Assembly (NCBI GenBank): GCA_963841435.1
Contig: CAWJCS010000003.1
Location: forward strand, 256,001 to 320,000
Reading direction: 5' to 3'
Source of the DNA: an uncultured delta proteobacterium
Lineage (GTDB): Bacteria > Myxococcota_A > Polyangia > Polyangiales > Polyangiaceae
DNA: 64,000 nucleotides
The notes beneath the pieces are model-generated. The model ran no database searches, had not been told where the DNA came from, and worked only from the letters and a program-made list of their open reading frames with translations. Both the position numbers and the translations under genes were made by a program. Shown in pieces: positions 1 to 10,503 of the stretch. Numbering within the stretch: the stretch's first letter is position 1; each line of letters opens with the position of its first letter.

Positions 1-147
1 CCACCACGCGTACCCCTCTTCGACCCGCTCCGGCAGGAAGAAGCGCCGATGGTCGTTTTCGTGGTGGAGCCGCACCAGGCCCCCCGCGAGGCGCGCGACC
101 CGGGGGAGATCGGCCGGGCTCGCCCGGCGCACGACGATGTCCGTCAT
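1..147 (-). CDS. GNAT-family N-acetyltransferase, N-terminal part (runs off window edge)
   Basis: Not in the ORF track. ATG at 147 reads MTDIVVRRASPADLPRVARLAGGLVRLHHENDHRRFFLPERVEEGYAWW, a typical GNAT start (VRRAxxxDL). Confidence 0.7.
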   Translation of the reverse strand, partial: MTDIVVRRASPADLPRVARLAGGLVRLHHENDHRRFFLPERVEEGYAWW

Positions 148-274
148 GCCGGGGAGTCTACGGCGATCCCTGGCCGCCGGGACTTCCGCCGGGGCCACCA
201 GGGGTCGCGCGGGGAGCATCGCCGCCAAACCCGAGGGCTCCCGGCTGGCACATGCTCTGCACGGTTGGGCCGCC

Positions 275-1855
275 ATGCGCTCAACGTCCACCGCGGTCGC
301 CATCGTGCAGGGTCAGCCGCTCGGCCTCGCCGTGGCGAGCGCCAGCGTCGTCCTGGGGCTCGAAGCCCGGCCGATCCAGGTCGAGGTCTGCTCGTCGCGC
401 GGGCCGTCCTTCTTTCAGCTCGTCGGCCTCGCCGAGGCGGCCGTGCGCGAGGCGCGCGTCAGGGTCGCGAGCTCCCTCGCGGGCCTCGACGTGCTGCTCG
501 ACGAGTACGCCGTCACGGTCAACCTCGCCCCCGCCGATCTGCGCAAGGCGGGCGCCACGCTCAATCTCGCCATCGCCCTCGCGGTGCTCGCGGCCATCGG
601 AAAGCTCGAGCGGAAGCGCCTCGAAGGCGTCCTTTTGCTCGGTGAGCTCGGCCTCGACGGTTCGCTGCGCCCGGTGCGCGGCCTTTTGCCGCAGCTCGAG
701 GGCGCCCGCGGCCGCGGGATGCAGAGCGCGATCGTCCCCGCTGCGAACGCCATCGAGGCGGGCATCGCCCGCGGCATCGACGTGCGGCTCGCGAGCACCC
801 TGACCCAGGCCGTGGCGCACCTCGAAGGCCGCGCCGAGCTCGCCGCCGCGCGCCCGACGAGCTTCGTGCCCCGTGCAGCCAAACAGAACGCCAATCTCGC
901 CGACGTGCGCGGGCAATCGGGCGCCCGCCGCGCGCTCGAGGTCGCGGCGGCCGGCGCGCACAACCTCCTTTTCATCGGGCCTCCCGGCAGTGGCAAAACC
1001 CTGCTCGCGCGCCTGCTGCCCGGCATCTTGCCGCCACTCGAGTTCGACGAGGCCGTCGAATGCACGTCCATCCACAGCGTGGCGGGGCTCTTGCCGCCCG
1101 AGCAGGGCATCGTCACGGAGCGGCCCTTTCGCGCGCCGCACCACTCCGTGAGCGAGGCCGGCCTCGTCGGCGGCGGTGACGTGCCACGCCCCGGCGAGGT
1201 GAGCCTCGCTCATAACGGCGTGCTCTTCCTGGACGAGCTCGCCGAGTTTCGTCGTGGCGCGCTCGAGGCGCTCCGCCAGCCGCTCGAGGACGGCGTGGTG
1301 TGCATCGCGCGGGCACGGGCGCGCGCCTGGTTCCCGGCCCGGCCCGTGCTCGTCGGCGCCGTGAATCCCTGCCCCTGCGGCTACTATTCCCACCCGCGTC
1401 GCCGCTGCGTCTGCAGCGACGAAGCGCGCCGGCGCTACCGCGCCCGCCTGAGCGGCCCGCTCGTCGATCGGCTCGACATCCACGTCGCCGTACCGCCCGT
1501 CGAGGTCTCGGCGCTCACGGAAGCGCGGCACGGTGAATCGTCGGCGGACGTGCGCGCGCGCGTCGCCCGGGCCCGCGAGGTACAACGCCGCCGCGTCGAG
1601 ACGCTCGGTCTCTCGGCGCGCGTCAACTCGACCCTAAGCGGCCCCGAGCTCGAACGTGCGGCGCCGCTCGGTCGCGAAGCCCGACGCCTGCTCGAGCTCG
1701 CCGTCAACAAGCTCGGCCTCTCGGCGCGCGCCTTCGTCAAAATCCTGCGCGTCGCCCGCACCATCGCCGACCTCGAAGGCGAAGAGCGCGTCAGGCAGCC
1801 GCACGTCGCGGAGGCGATTCAGGGACGGCTGCTCGATCGGGAGGTCCCGCGGTAG
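275..1855 (+). CDS. comM: ComM/YifB Mg-chelatase-like AAA+ ATPase
   Basis: Motifs VNLAPADLRKAG, Walker [67 protein letters not shown]. Start placed at ATG 275 because the ORF from 137 overlaps the divergent GNAT gene. Confidence 0.95.
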   Translation: MRSTSTAVAIVQGQPLGLAVASASVVLGLEARPIQVEVCSSRGPSFFQLVGLAEAAVREARVRVASSLAGLDVLLDEYAVTVNLAPADLRKAGATLNLAIALAVLAAIGKLERKRLEGVLLLGELGLDGSLRPVRGLLPQLEGARGRGMQSAIVPAANAIEAGIARGIDVRLASTLTQAVAHLEGRAELAAARPTSFVPRAAKQNANLADVRGQSGARRALEVAAAGAHNLLFIGPPGSGKTLLARLLPGILPPLEFDEAVECTSIHSVAGLLPPEQGIVTERPFRAPHHSVSEAGLVGGGDVPRPGEVSLAHNGVLFLDELAEFRRGALEALRQPLEDGVVCIARARARAWFPARPVLVGAVNPCPCGYYSHPRRRCVCSDEARRRYRARLSGPLVDRLDIHVAVPPVEVSALTEARHGESSADVRARVARAREVQRRRVETLGLSARVNSTLSGPELERAAPLGREARRLLELAVNKLGLSARAFVKILRVARTIADLEGEERVRQPHVAEAIQGRLLDREVPR

Positions 1856-1879
1856 GGGGGCGCATCGTGTGCGATGGCT

Positions 1880-2050
1880 CGACGGCGGCGCCCGGCGAGC
1901 TCAGGCGCTGGCGCTCCAGCGGCGGCGCGCTCATGACGCGGGCGTCCCCGGGGCGGAGGGCGGCGTGCTCGCGTTCCAGCATCGCTTCGGCGGCTCCTTG
2001 AACCTCAACACGCATCTTCACGCCATCGCCCTCGACGGCGTGTTCTCGCC
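1880..2050 (+). mobile_element. IS91/ISCR-family (HUH) transposase internal fragment
   Basis: Reads GGVLAFQHRFGGSLNLNTHLHAIALDGVF, matching the QRFG..LNLNxHxH...DGV HUH motif. No start or C-terminus. Confidence 0.85.
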
Positions 2051-2323
2051 ACCGGGTACGAAGCCTGCTCTCGGTCCCACCCTGGAGATCGCCTCGATCT
2101 CGGATGCGGTCGGCGTCGAGGTGTGTATTCAACCCGACGATCGGGACGCCTCGGCCAGCTTGCCGCCGGGCTCGACGTTGACCCTGGTGATCCGTTCGCG
2201 ACGGCGAAGACTCCGCCGGTTGCAGCGGGGGCGGCCGGAGGGGGGGTTAGTAGGGTCGGATCTTTCAGCCTCTACGGGCTGCCGCCCGACGGCGCGCCCC
2301 GCTGCCGGCGCGCAGCGCGAGGA

Positions 2324-2880
2324 TCACGGGCTCCTCGGAAGTGCCGCGAGGGCGTAGACCCCCTGCTGGACCTGGTACGGGCCGGCGAGCTCGCTGACGA
2401 CGGTGTCGGTGCCGAGCCAGGCGAGCTTCGCTTCGAAGTTGAGGCGGCTGCTCAGGGTGACGACCGGCGAGTCGTCCGCTGGCGCGACCCTTAGCTCTCC
2501 GCTGGCGTAAAATGCGAGCTTGCCGTCCGCAGAGGACACGGGAAAATGAGTGAAATTCGCGGCGGTGGCCAGGGTCGTCAGGCTGAAGTCGTCGAGCTTC
2601 ACGCGTTCGAGCTGGTAGTCGGAGCCGCGCTGGACGACGAAGACCGCCGACCGAACGTCCGGCGCGATGACGACCGGAAAGCTCCAGTCGAAATCCACCT
2701 CGATCAACTGCGACGCGAGTGTCTGCGTATCCCAGGCGACCAGCGAGTCAACCGCGGGATCGCCGGTCAACTCCAACATGAACAGCAAGCGCCCGTCCGG
2801 TGTCACCGCGTGGACTCCCGCCTCGAGCTCACCGAGTGAGTCGCCCGAGGCGAGGTCGTAAAGGACGGTGGTTCCACTCA
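2324..2880 (-). pseudogene. C-terminal fragment of a beta-propeller-like (TolB/WD40-like) protein
   Basis: Propeller-like blades (VTPDGRLLF, IAPDVRSAVFV, SSADGKLAFY). The 5' end is cut off at the dispersed repeat at 2893. Confidence 0.55.
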
Positions 2881-2892
2881 AATTTTTTCGCT

Positions 2893-3008
2893 CACTACTC
2901 ACGAATTCCAGGCTCACTAAGAACGGGGCCCGCCGATTCTCCTCGTCCTCCCTGCTATTTCGCTCCACTACCCCCCTCCTCCCCATTGGTCTCCCTAGCC
3001 GCCGACAC
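2893..3008 (+). repeat. Dispersed ~115-bp element, copy A (diverged)
   Basis: CACTACTCACGAATTCCAGGCTCAC ... pyrimidine tract ... GCCGCCGAC; shares both ends with the copy at 22254 and the left end with the copy at 28352. Confidence 0.75.
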
Positions 3009-3030
3009 CGAAACCGGGGCAGCCACGCCC

Positions 3031-3516
3031 CTACTCGGCTCGAGTGTAGTTCAGCGCGAGGTCGTCCTCCCACGCTCCACCGGCCTTCCGCATTTCACCT
3101 TTGCCGCGCATGCTCTGACCGTCCACACTGAGCGTCACGGTGAAACGTTGGGAAAGGCTCGCTGAGTCGCGCCTCCAGATAAACGCGTGGCCCGCCATAC
3201 TCGCGTCGTACCTGCGAGACACCCCGCGTTCGTCGAAGTACAACATCGAGTACCGACCCTCGGTGTCGTCCCCATCGCTGCCGAAGACGGCAACCCCGCT
3301 CGGGATCCGCGGCTCGTCGATTTCCGAGCGCATGACTAAGAACGCTCCGCCTTCTGCCCATTCAAAACGGGTTTGACCGTGAAGCGCCACGCCGGGCATG
3401 AAGGGATGGGCGCCTTCGGTTTTCCAAGTACCCACCAACGGCTCAAGCGGTTTCAGGGCTGGGTTTGGAATCAAGGCTTCTTGACCTATCGGCTTGTTCA
3501 TCGCGGCAAGATACAT
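3031..3516 (-). CDS. Hypothetical beta-barrel protein (DUF1579-like)
   Basis: PALKPLEPLVGTWKTEG ... YSMLYFDERGVSRRY ... WEDDLALNYTR; compact intact ORF with AGAGG upstream. Confidence 0.7.
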   Translation of the reverse strand: MYLAAMNKPIGQEALIPNPALKPLEPLVGTWKTEGAHPFMPGVALHGQTRFEWAEGGAFLVMRSEIDEPRIPSGVAVFGSDGDDTEGRYSMLYFDERGVSRRYDASMAGHAFIWRRDSASLSQRFTVTLSVDGQSMRGKGEMRKAGGAWEDDLALNYTRAE

Positions 3517-3605
3517 CTCTTGCCTCTGCTCGGGCCACGCCGTTCACACTGCACAATTGGCAATTCGAGGGTCTCGCTGCCTCGCGTGATCGGCTAGGTC
3601 GCTCC

Positions 3606-3820
3606 GTGACCCTGCTGAAAGCCGGCGAGACTCTTGAGCGCTATACGATAGAGGCCCTCATCGGACAGGGCGGCATGAGGTGCGTCTATCGCGCCTAGGA
3701 TCCGCGCCTCGATCGTCGCGTCGCGCTCAAGGTGATTCTCCGGGGGGGCAGCGACGGTGGCCGCGAACGCCCGCTTGTTGCGAGAGGCCCGCGCCGCGGC
3801 GGCGTTCGATCACGCTGCTC
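3606..3820 (+). pseudogene. Ser/Thr kinase N-lobe fragment
   Basis: RYTIEALIGQGGMRCVYRA*DPRLDRRVALKVI, then frameshifted ARLLREARAAAAFDH. In-frame TAG at 3696. Confidence 0.85.
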
Positions 3821-3894
3821 GCGCCACCAGCCTGCCGAGCCCGCAGGCCACGTCACCACCGCCCGCCGCCGTCGCCCCCGCCAAGGGAAGGCTC

Positions 3895-4512
3895 ATGGTC
3901 GTGTGGCCACAGAGCAACGGTGCACGCGGTGCACGCTCGTTTGACGGCAGTTGGACGAGCTGGGTGCTCAATGGGGGGTACGCCGTCGAGACGCCGGCGA
4001 TTGCGGCATCGGGCTCCGGGACGGTGCACGTGCTGATGCGCAACAACCTCGGCATGGTGTCCGCGCAGACCTTCACGGCACCGAACACCTGGTCCGCGAT
4101 CATGTCCACGGGCATGGTGACGGACACTCCGCTTTCCGCAGCGTCTTTTGGCATCGGGCGTGTCAACGTGTTCGGTCGTTTTGGGGTCACCAAGGGCCTG
4201 ACCCACGCTATCTGGAACGGCAGCTTCTGGACGACGGCGAACGATGGTGTCAACGGTCTCGCCACCGGTCCAGTCGTGATCAGCAATGCTCCGAATCGGC
4301 TGGATCTCGTCTATTACGAAGACGTGAGCGGCGTCATCACGTATCGGCACCGCCGCTGGAACGGTACCTCGTGGACCGTCCCAGGGTCGCCCACTCCGGC
4401 TGGCTCGATCACCACGGCCGTGAACGTCTACATCGCCGGCTTCGCGGATCCTCAGTTCGGGATCTTCCACACCAAGAGCGACAACTCGATTCGCGTGCGC
4501 CCGTTCTGGTGA
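3895..4512 (+). pseudogene. Trp-rich beta-propeller (lectin/PLL-like) C-terminal fragment
   Basis: Repeated blades (GRVNVFGR...HAIWNGSFW; NRLDLVYY...HRRWNGTSW). No signal peptide; follows the kinase fragment in the same frame. Confidence 0.5.
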
Positions 4513-4715
4513 CATCTCGACCAGGGGCTCGGGGCTCTAGACTGCCAGACCTCCGCCGTCTGCACTTGAACCACGCCGCCGACCTGCGCGTGGTCCACGA
4601 GCGCGTCCGCGACGTGGACCGCCGCCAGCACCTCGGTCGCCTCCGGGCTGGTCGCAACCTGACTCGCGCTCCGAGCCTGGCCCTTCGCCCCGGAAGCCGG
4701 CTAGGATGGCCTCCC

Positions 4716-6164
4716 GTGACGCGCGATCCCTCGACCCGAGCGCCGATCCTGACGTTCGCGTTCAGCGCGGCCCTTGCTGCGGCACCGGCCTGCGGCAGCA
4801 AGGAGCAGCCGTCCGCGGCCGGACCAACCCGGGGCGCAGCGGGTGGCGTGCCGGGTGGAGCGGCGGGCGGCGGGCAGGCGAGCGTGCTCGGTGGAGCGAC
4901 CGCTGGGGGTGCGGGGCCTTCCGGCGGACAACGAGCGACCGCTGGAACGACCGGAAATGGCGCCAGCGCGGGCTCCATGAACGGAGGCTCGAGCGCGGAC
5001 AACGCGGGCGAAGCTGGCGAGCTCGGAACCGGGGGCAGCGAGAGCACAGCGGGAGGGGACGCGGGCGCCCCCGCGAGCGGCGTGGGTGGCGCCGAGAGCC
5101 CCGGTGGGTCAGGCCAGGGGGGCGCGAGCCTCGGCGGTCGCGGTGCGGCAGGCTCGTCCACGGGGAGTGGCGCCGGTTCGAGCGCTGGTACCACGACGGG
5201 AGCAGGCAAGGGTGGCGGCGCATCGGGCGCCGCCGGGACGAGCAGCGGCGACGCAGGCATGGGCAGCGGGGGCGGCGCGGGAACCGGCGCCGGCACGACC
5301 GGAGCCATCGACTACGCGTTCGTGATCACGATGGAGAACCACGACACCTCGGAGATCATCGGCAACGGCACCGACGCCCCGTACATCAACGACACGCTCC
5401 TACCGAGCTACGCTCAAAGTTCGAGCTTCACCGATCAATTCGCGCTCTCCGTCCCGAGCGAGCCACACTACATCTGGATGGAAGCCGGCACGAACGTCTT
5501 CTCTGACCACACGTTCTCGACCAACGGCGTACCGAGCGCCTCGAACAGCACGAGCGATACGAACCACCTGGTCACCCAGCTCACCACCGCGGGCATCAGC
5601 TGGATGAGCTACCAGGAAGACATCGACGCCACGGCCGGCGCGTGCCCGATCGCGGCCTCGGGCCAATACCATCCCCGTCACAATCCAGTCGTCTTCTTCC
5701 AGGATGTCGCGGGCAATCCACCGTCCAAGACGAACGCGTACTGCGCGGCTCATCACAAGAACTTCGACCTATTCGCGGCCGATCTGGCCGCGGAGACGGT
5801 CGCTCGTTACAACTTCATCACTCCCAATCTGTGCGATGACATGCATGGCAACACCGGCTGCCCGAGCGGCAACCTGATTCGCCGGGGTGACGACTGGCTC
5901 GCGGCGAACCTGCCTGGCCTCATCAGTTTCGTCACCGCCCGCGCGGGGGTGATCTTCATCGTCTGGGACGAAGGCGACGCCACGGCGACAATGCCGTTCA
6001 TCGCGGTGGGTCCAGGCGTGAAGGCGGGCTACACGGGCGGTGTCTCGTACAACCACGGCTCGCTCGTGAAATCGCTCGAGCTCATCTTCGACGTGCCGGT
6101 TTCGTCGCGCGTGAGCGCCGAGAGCGACCTCTCCGATCTCTTCAAGTCCGGGTTCTTCCCGTAG
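4716..6164 (+). CDS. Phosphoesterase (acid phosphatase/phospholipase C family) lipoprotein with Gly/Ser linker
   Basis: GTG 4716, lipobox-like APAC, long G/S/A linker, then FVITMENH, PSEPHY, YHPRHNP, FITPNLCDDMH, FIVWDE, YNHGSL. Confidence 0.85.
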   Translation: MTRDPSTRAPILTFAFSAALAAAPACGSKEQPSAAGPTRGAAGGVPGGAAGGGQASVLGGATAGGAGPSGGQRATAGTTGNGASAGSMNGGSSADNAGEAGELGTGGSESTAGGDAGAPASGVGGAESPGGSGQGGASLGGRGAAGSSTGSGAGSSAGTTTGAGKGGGASGAAGTSSGDAGMGSGGGAGTGAGTTGAIDYAFVITMENHDTSEIIGNGTDAPYINDTLLPSYAQSSSFTDQFALSVPSEPHYIWMEAGTNVFSDHTFSTNGVPSASNSTSDTNHLVTQLTTAGISWMSYQEDIDATAGACPIAASGQYHPRHNPVVFFQDVAGNPPSKTNAYCAAHHKNFDLFAADLAAETVARYNFITPNLCDDMHGNTGCPSGNLIRRGDDWLAANLPGLISFVTARAGVIFIVWDEGDATATMPFIAVGPGVKAGYTGGVSYNHGSLVKSLELIFDVPVSSRVSAESDLSDLFKSGFFP

Positions 6165-6194
6165 CCGTCCTCGGCGAGTCTCGGAGGCGCCGCC

Positions 6195-6400
6195 TCACGG
6201 CAGGTCGACGCTGACGATGCCGGTGAAGGCGCCGCCGCCGGCCAGGAGCGGCTCGGGCTCGGAGCCGTCGAGCCGGACGCGACCCACGTCTCCGACGGCG
6301 CTCGTGTAGTAGACGAAACCACGTGCGTGATCGAGGGCGAGGCCGATCGCCTCACGCACACCGGAGACGAGGATCTCGCCGCGGGGCGCTCCCTCCGGAC
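6195..6400 (-). pseudogene. C-terminal fragment of a YWTD/NHL-like propeller protein
   Basis: EAIGLALDHARGFVYYTSAVGDVGRVRLDGS ... FTGIVSVDLP*; no N-terminus. Confidence 0.55.
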
Positions 6401-6755
6401 GCTCATGTTCGACGGCAACCTGTCGCTTGGCGCCCGCTATCAGCTGCACGGCTTTTTCACAGGGGCCGCCTACAGTCCTGCCGTGGTTGGCGCTGAAGGG
6501 AGAAACTGGCGGCCGCCTCGCCAGCGCCCGGGTCGAATTCGGCTGTCAGCCGCCTGACGCATCGCGCGGCGGCGTTTACGGGGCCGCGACGACGCGCTGG
6601 TTCCGGGACGACCAGGTCTTTACCTTCGTGCTCGGCTACGAGCTCGTCTATCAGAAGGTGTGGGCGCCCCGAGCGCTTGGGCTTCGTGGGCTCGGAAACG
6701 GTGGGCACATTCTGATAGAGCGCGTGGATGGCTGCCTGACGCCAGAGACGCGACG

Positions 6756-7992
6756 CTAGTTACTCTGACAAGAGTACCGGCCGCAGCAGTAGGCGGCGCC
6801 GCAGGTGTCGTCCTGCTGACAGAACTGGCTGGCGCAGTCGTCGGCTTCCGAGCAGGGGGCCCCCGCTGCGCGTGGCTTGCCGCACGTGCCGAGCACCGGT
6901 GAGCTCGGATCGCTGCTCGTGGCCCCGGGCGCGGGATCGAGGCACACGAGGCCGGGCGCGCAGCTGACGAGGGCAAGAAGGTTGAACCGGGCTACACGCT
7001 GCGCCTTCCGAGCCGTCGCCGGCACGGTGGCACGTACCGCTCGTGCAGGCGTAGCCGGCGAGCAGATCGCAGAACTCCGTGAGCTTGTCGCAGGCGGCCC
7101 CCTCGTGCCCCGCGAAAGACGGGGTGCGGCAGCGGCCGTCAGTGCAGTACTGGTCCCCCGCGCACACGTCGCCGACGCTGCACGCGCCGTTCGCTGCAGC
7201 CGGCGCCTTGCAGACTCCGGTGCTGGCGGCTTGATCCGCCAGGGCGCAGAACGCGCCGACGGCGCACGGCACGATCGTGGTGGCGCCGTACGTGTCCCAG
7301 GTGCACGACTGGCCAAGCGCGGCCGGCGACTGAAACGTGATCCGCTGGCACGTGCTCGCGGTGTCTCCGTACACGCAGCGCACGATGCCATCGTGGTCGT
7401 CGCACTCGTCCGAGGACTTGCAGGTGGCGCCGACGGGCGTCCGTGCCGTGCAAATTCCCGGGCAGGTCGCGCCGGCAGCGCAGCGCGCGTCGCTCGCGCA
7501 GTCCTCCGGCCGCGAGCAGGAACCACCGAGCGGCGACGAGCCACGAAATACGGCTCGGCAGGGCGCCGAGTCGAGGCTCAGCGGATGGTCAGCGTCGCAG
7601 CTCGAGAGCGCGGCGAGGCAAGCGGGCACCTGATCGAGCCGGAGCTCGATGCTGCCGGCGCGTACCTTGGCGTCGAGGTCCTGGTGCGCGGGGGCGCTGA
7701 GCGGTGATCCGTTCAGCACCTCGACGCAGCGCGCCTCCGTCCCCAGCGCGAGCCTGGCCCCGACGTTGTCGTCGTTTTCGGACGGACACTCGAACAGGTA
7801 TCGGCAGAGCGCCTCGTTCAGGGCGCGCTCGAAAGTCGGCACATCGGTGACCGTCGTCATCGGCGGCGCGCCACCCCCGCCGCCCGACCCGCCAGCAACT
7901 TCGTGCTTGGCGCTCTTCGGTCCGCACGCCACCGCGCCGAGCAACACGACGCACGCCACACTCACCGCCACCGTCAGACCACGCTGCACCAT
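6756..7992 (-). pseudogene. Cys-rich repeat lipoprotein, frameshifted near 6988
   Basis: Lipobox AVAC and repeated G.aC....dC..gl.C motifs. The Cys-rich frame continues as FNLLALVSCAPGLVC...CQSN* only after a one-base shift (AGC CCG G TTC AAC). Confidence 0.75.
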
Positions 7993-8169
7993 GCGGCCTC
8001 AGAGTAGCGCAGATCGTCCCGAACCTCACCGTTCGCCCGTGGCGCACGCGGTGCTATCGGCGCAGTGTGGCACGCAGACGTTGGCGTTTCCCGACTCCTC
8101 CACCGGCAGCGGTCATCCCCGCAGCGGCGGCGTTGCCCGCGTCACCAGCGGCGGCCACTATAGCGGAGC

Positions 8170-8286
8170 CACCACATCGCCAATTCCAGCATAGCTGCAA
8201 ATTGTGCCGCACTGAACCCTCGCCGCCCTCCGTCCGCTCCTCCCTGCACTACCGACAACACCCTTGCTTTTCCTGGTCGCTCGACG
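8170..8286 (+). repeat. Dispersed ~115-bp element, copy B (diverged)
   Basis: CACCACATCGCCAATTCCAG ... pyrimidine tract ... TTGCTTTTCCTGGTCGCTCGAC; ends resemble copies D and E. Confidence 0.6.
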
Positions 8287-8288
8287 AC

Positions 8289-9672
8289 CTATGGAGTCGC
8301 ATGGGCGTCGGAAACCCACTGACCCGAGCGGCGAGCCAGACCGAAGGCGAGCAGCAGCAGCGACAGTCGAAGCAAGATTGAAACCAAGAGCGCGTGCCGT
8401 GTCGGCTCCATGGCATCTCCGTGCCAAACCACGACCAGCGCTGGGTAGGTAATCACGGCTGCCGCAGCACCCACTTCAACGAGTGGGTCACCGAGTCGTC
8501 AACGCAGGACAGCGAGTGCTAGAGCGGCCACCACGATACTGGCGTGGACGGGCCAGAGGGGACGTGCCCACGGGACGCCGAGCATCCGGAGAGCGCGGGG
8601 AACACGCGCGCCGTAACGGCTCACGTCACCGCCGAGCAAGCCTGGAGCGTTCTCGAGCGGCGGCGCCATCAGGTAGAGCGGGTGCCCGAGAAGGTACGCA
8701 ACGTAGACGCTTTTTCCCTCGGAGCTCAACCAACGCTTGAAATCGTCCAGCGCTGGGTCGCGTTCGTAGGCGCGGCGGGGCCGCCCCGGCCTCAGCGCGT
8801 CGGGGTGCGGCATGCCCTTGGAGACGAAGGACTCGAGCATCTCCTGGTCGTCGAGGGTCCGCATGACGACGACGTTCGTGAGCGGGTAGACCCAGCGACG
8901 GCCATGATTGGCCGACGCGTCAGTGGCGACGAAGATGCCGATGAAAGCGGCCCCGAGCAGCGCCGTCGTCACCCAGTGTTCGCGTCGTCGCAAGCGGACG
9001 AGAGCTCTGATGGCAAGAGCGAATCCGCACATCAAAACGACGTAAGCCTCGGCGTCCCGCGTCAGGGCGTGCATCGCCGCCGCCACGACCAGCGTGGCGT
9101 GAAGAGCGCGGCGGTTCGGAAAGCGCCACGCGAGCACGAAAATCGTGGCGAAGAGGACCAAGCTCGACACGCTCAGCGATTCGCTGAGAACCGCCTGATT
9201 CCATTGCTGGAACGTCCGGGGAGAGGCCGAGGGTCGCGACGGCCAGCGCCGCCAAGGGGCGGATTCGCCCATCGACGCAACATTGAAGGGCAACGGCGAG
9301 CGCTGTAAAGGCAATGGTAGAGAGCGCGGTTTGCACGAAGCAGATGGTCGCGGGCTCGAGCCCACAGAGCTTGAAAAGCAGAAGCGGGAGCACTGGTCGT
9401 CGGCCGGCCCAAAGCTCGAGCGTCGAGAGGCCGGCCTCCGCGTTGTGAAGAAAGAATTCGGTGTCGTGAAATGATTTCGGTGCGCTGCTCGTGTGAGCCG
9501 CTAGGCTCCCTGCGGCGACCGCGAGGAATGCGAGGCCCGACCAGAGGACTATGGACTTCGGTATTGGCGGGAGCGAACGGATGATTCCTGTTGCGGTCAA
9601 GCACGGTCCTGTCGTCGCTAGGAGAGGAATCGACCCAGCATTGGTACCACGGCGCCCCGCGAGCGCGTCCAC
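8289..9672 (-). pseudogene. Polytopic membrane protein (GT-C-like), disrupted
   Basis: Hydrophobic helices are spread over three ORF pieces, with a frameshift near 9215 (…LGLSP | QQWNQAVLSESL…) and an in-frame TGA at 8499. Start uncertain. Confidence 0.6.
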
Positions 9673-9780
9673 AATGCGCCGCGAAGAGCACGCTCAGTGG
9701 TCCGGCCCGCAGGCTGAACGCGCCAAGATCACGTAACTCGCGATTACGTCAAGCCGGGGCGGGCTCTACCTCGGCGGAGC

Positions 9781-9800
9781 GCGTTTGAATGGCCTATCCC
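9781..9800 (+). mobile_element. oriIS-like terminus of an IS91/ISCR element
   Basis: GCGTTTGAATGGCCTATCCC resembles the ISCR oriIS consensus as recalled (GCGTTTGAACTTCCTATACxx) and lies ~90 bp from an IS91 transposase fragment. Confidence 0.55.
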
Positions 9801-9892
9801 CCGATCATGAGCTCTTCTCCTCGCGTACAGGACCGTCACGTCGAGCCTTGGCGCGCAGGACGCCGCGCCGGAACGCATCGCGCGCGAGCCGG

Positions 9893-10503
9893 AGCCAGCG
9901 CACTGACGGCGCGCTCCGACTCAACGTGCACTTGCACGTGCTCGCGCTCGACGGCGTGTACGTGCGTCACCAAGGGAGCGGCGAGCTTCGTTTCCACGCG
10001 CTAACGTCGAGGACGTGGCGCGCCGGACGGCAGCTCGCATCGAGAAGATCCTCCGAGCGAGTGGGCGCACCTTCGGTCCTGAAGAGGACGACGCTCTGCC
10101 GCCGGAGCTGACGCTCGATGAGCCCGGGCTCGCCGCTTGCTACGCCGCTGCCGCGAAGGGCATTTCGGTCAGCGGCGACCGAGCGGGCCTGCCCACGCTC
10201 AGACTCGTCTTGCCGCCCGAGCGGCCACCTCGCGGCGCTGACACCGGCCCTCTCGCTGATGAGCCCGTCGCTGAGGTGCGCGGCATCAACGTGCACGCTC
10301 GGCAACTCGTGGACGGCCGCGATCGGCGACAACTCGAGCGGCTGTGCCGCTACATCACGCGGCCTCCCGTTGCGCAGGAGCGCCTCGAGCGGCTCGCCGA
10401 CGGCCGGCTCGAGCGCAGGCTCAAGCACGCGGTGGAAGGACGGCACGCGCGCCCTCGTCCTCGAGCCCGACGACTTGATGGTCCGGCTAGTCGCCGCGGT
10501 GCC
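9893..10503 (+). mobile_element. IS91/ISCR-family transposase remnant (frameshifted, truncated)
   Basis: QRTDGALRLNVHLHVLALDGVY (HUH), GINVHA, DRRQLERLCRYITRPPVAQERL (catalytic Tyr region), WKDGTRALVLEPDDLMVRLVAAVP. Confidence 0.9.

Noticed and set aside
3549-3582. Possible sixth degenerate copy of the dispersed element (AATTCGAG...GGTCTCGCTGCC)
   Set aside because: Too short and gapped to support.
3951-4715. N-terminal extensions of long ORFs (3951, 17413, 33831, 35889, 40359, 45815, 56833)
   Set aside because: Signal peptides, RBS or stop-start coupling indicate downstream starts; the extensions overlap other genes or look non-coding.
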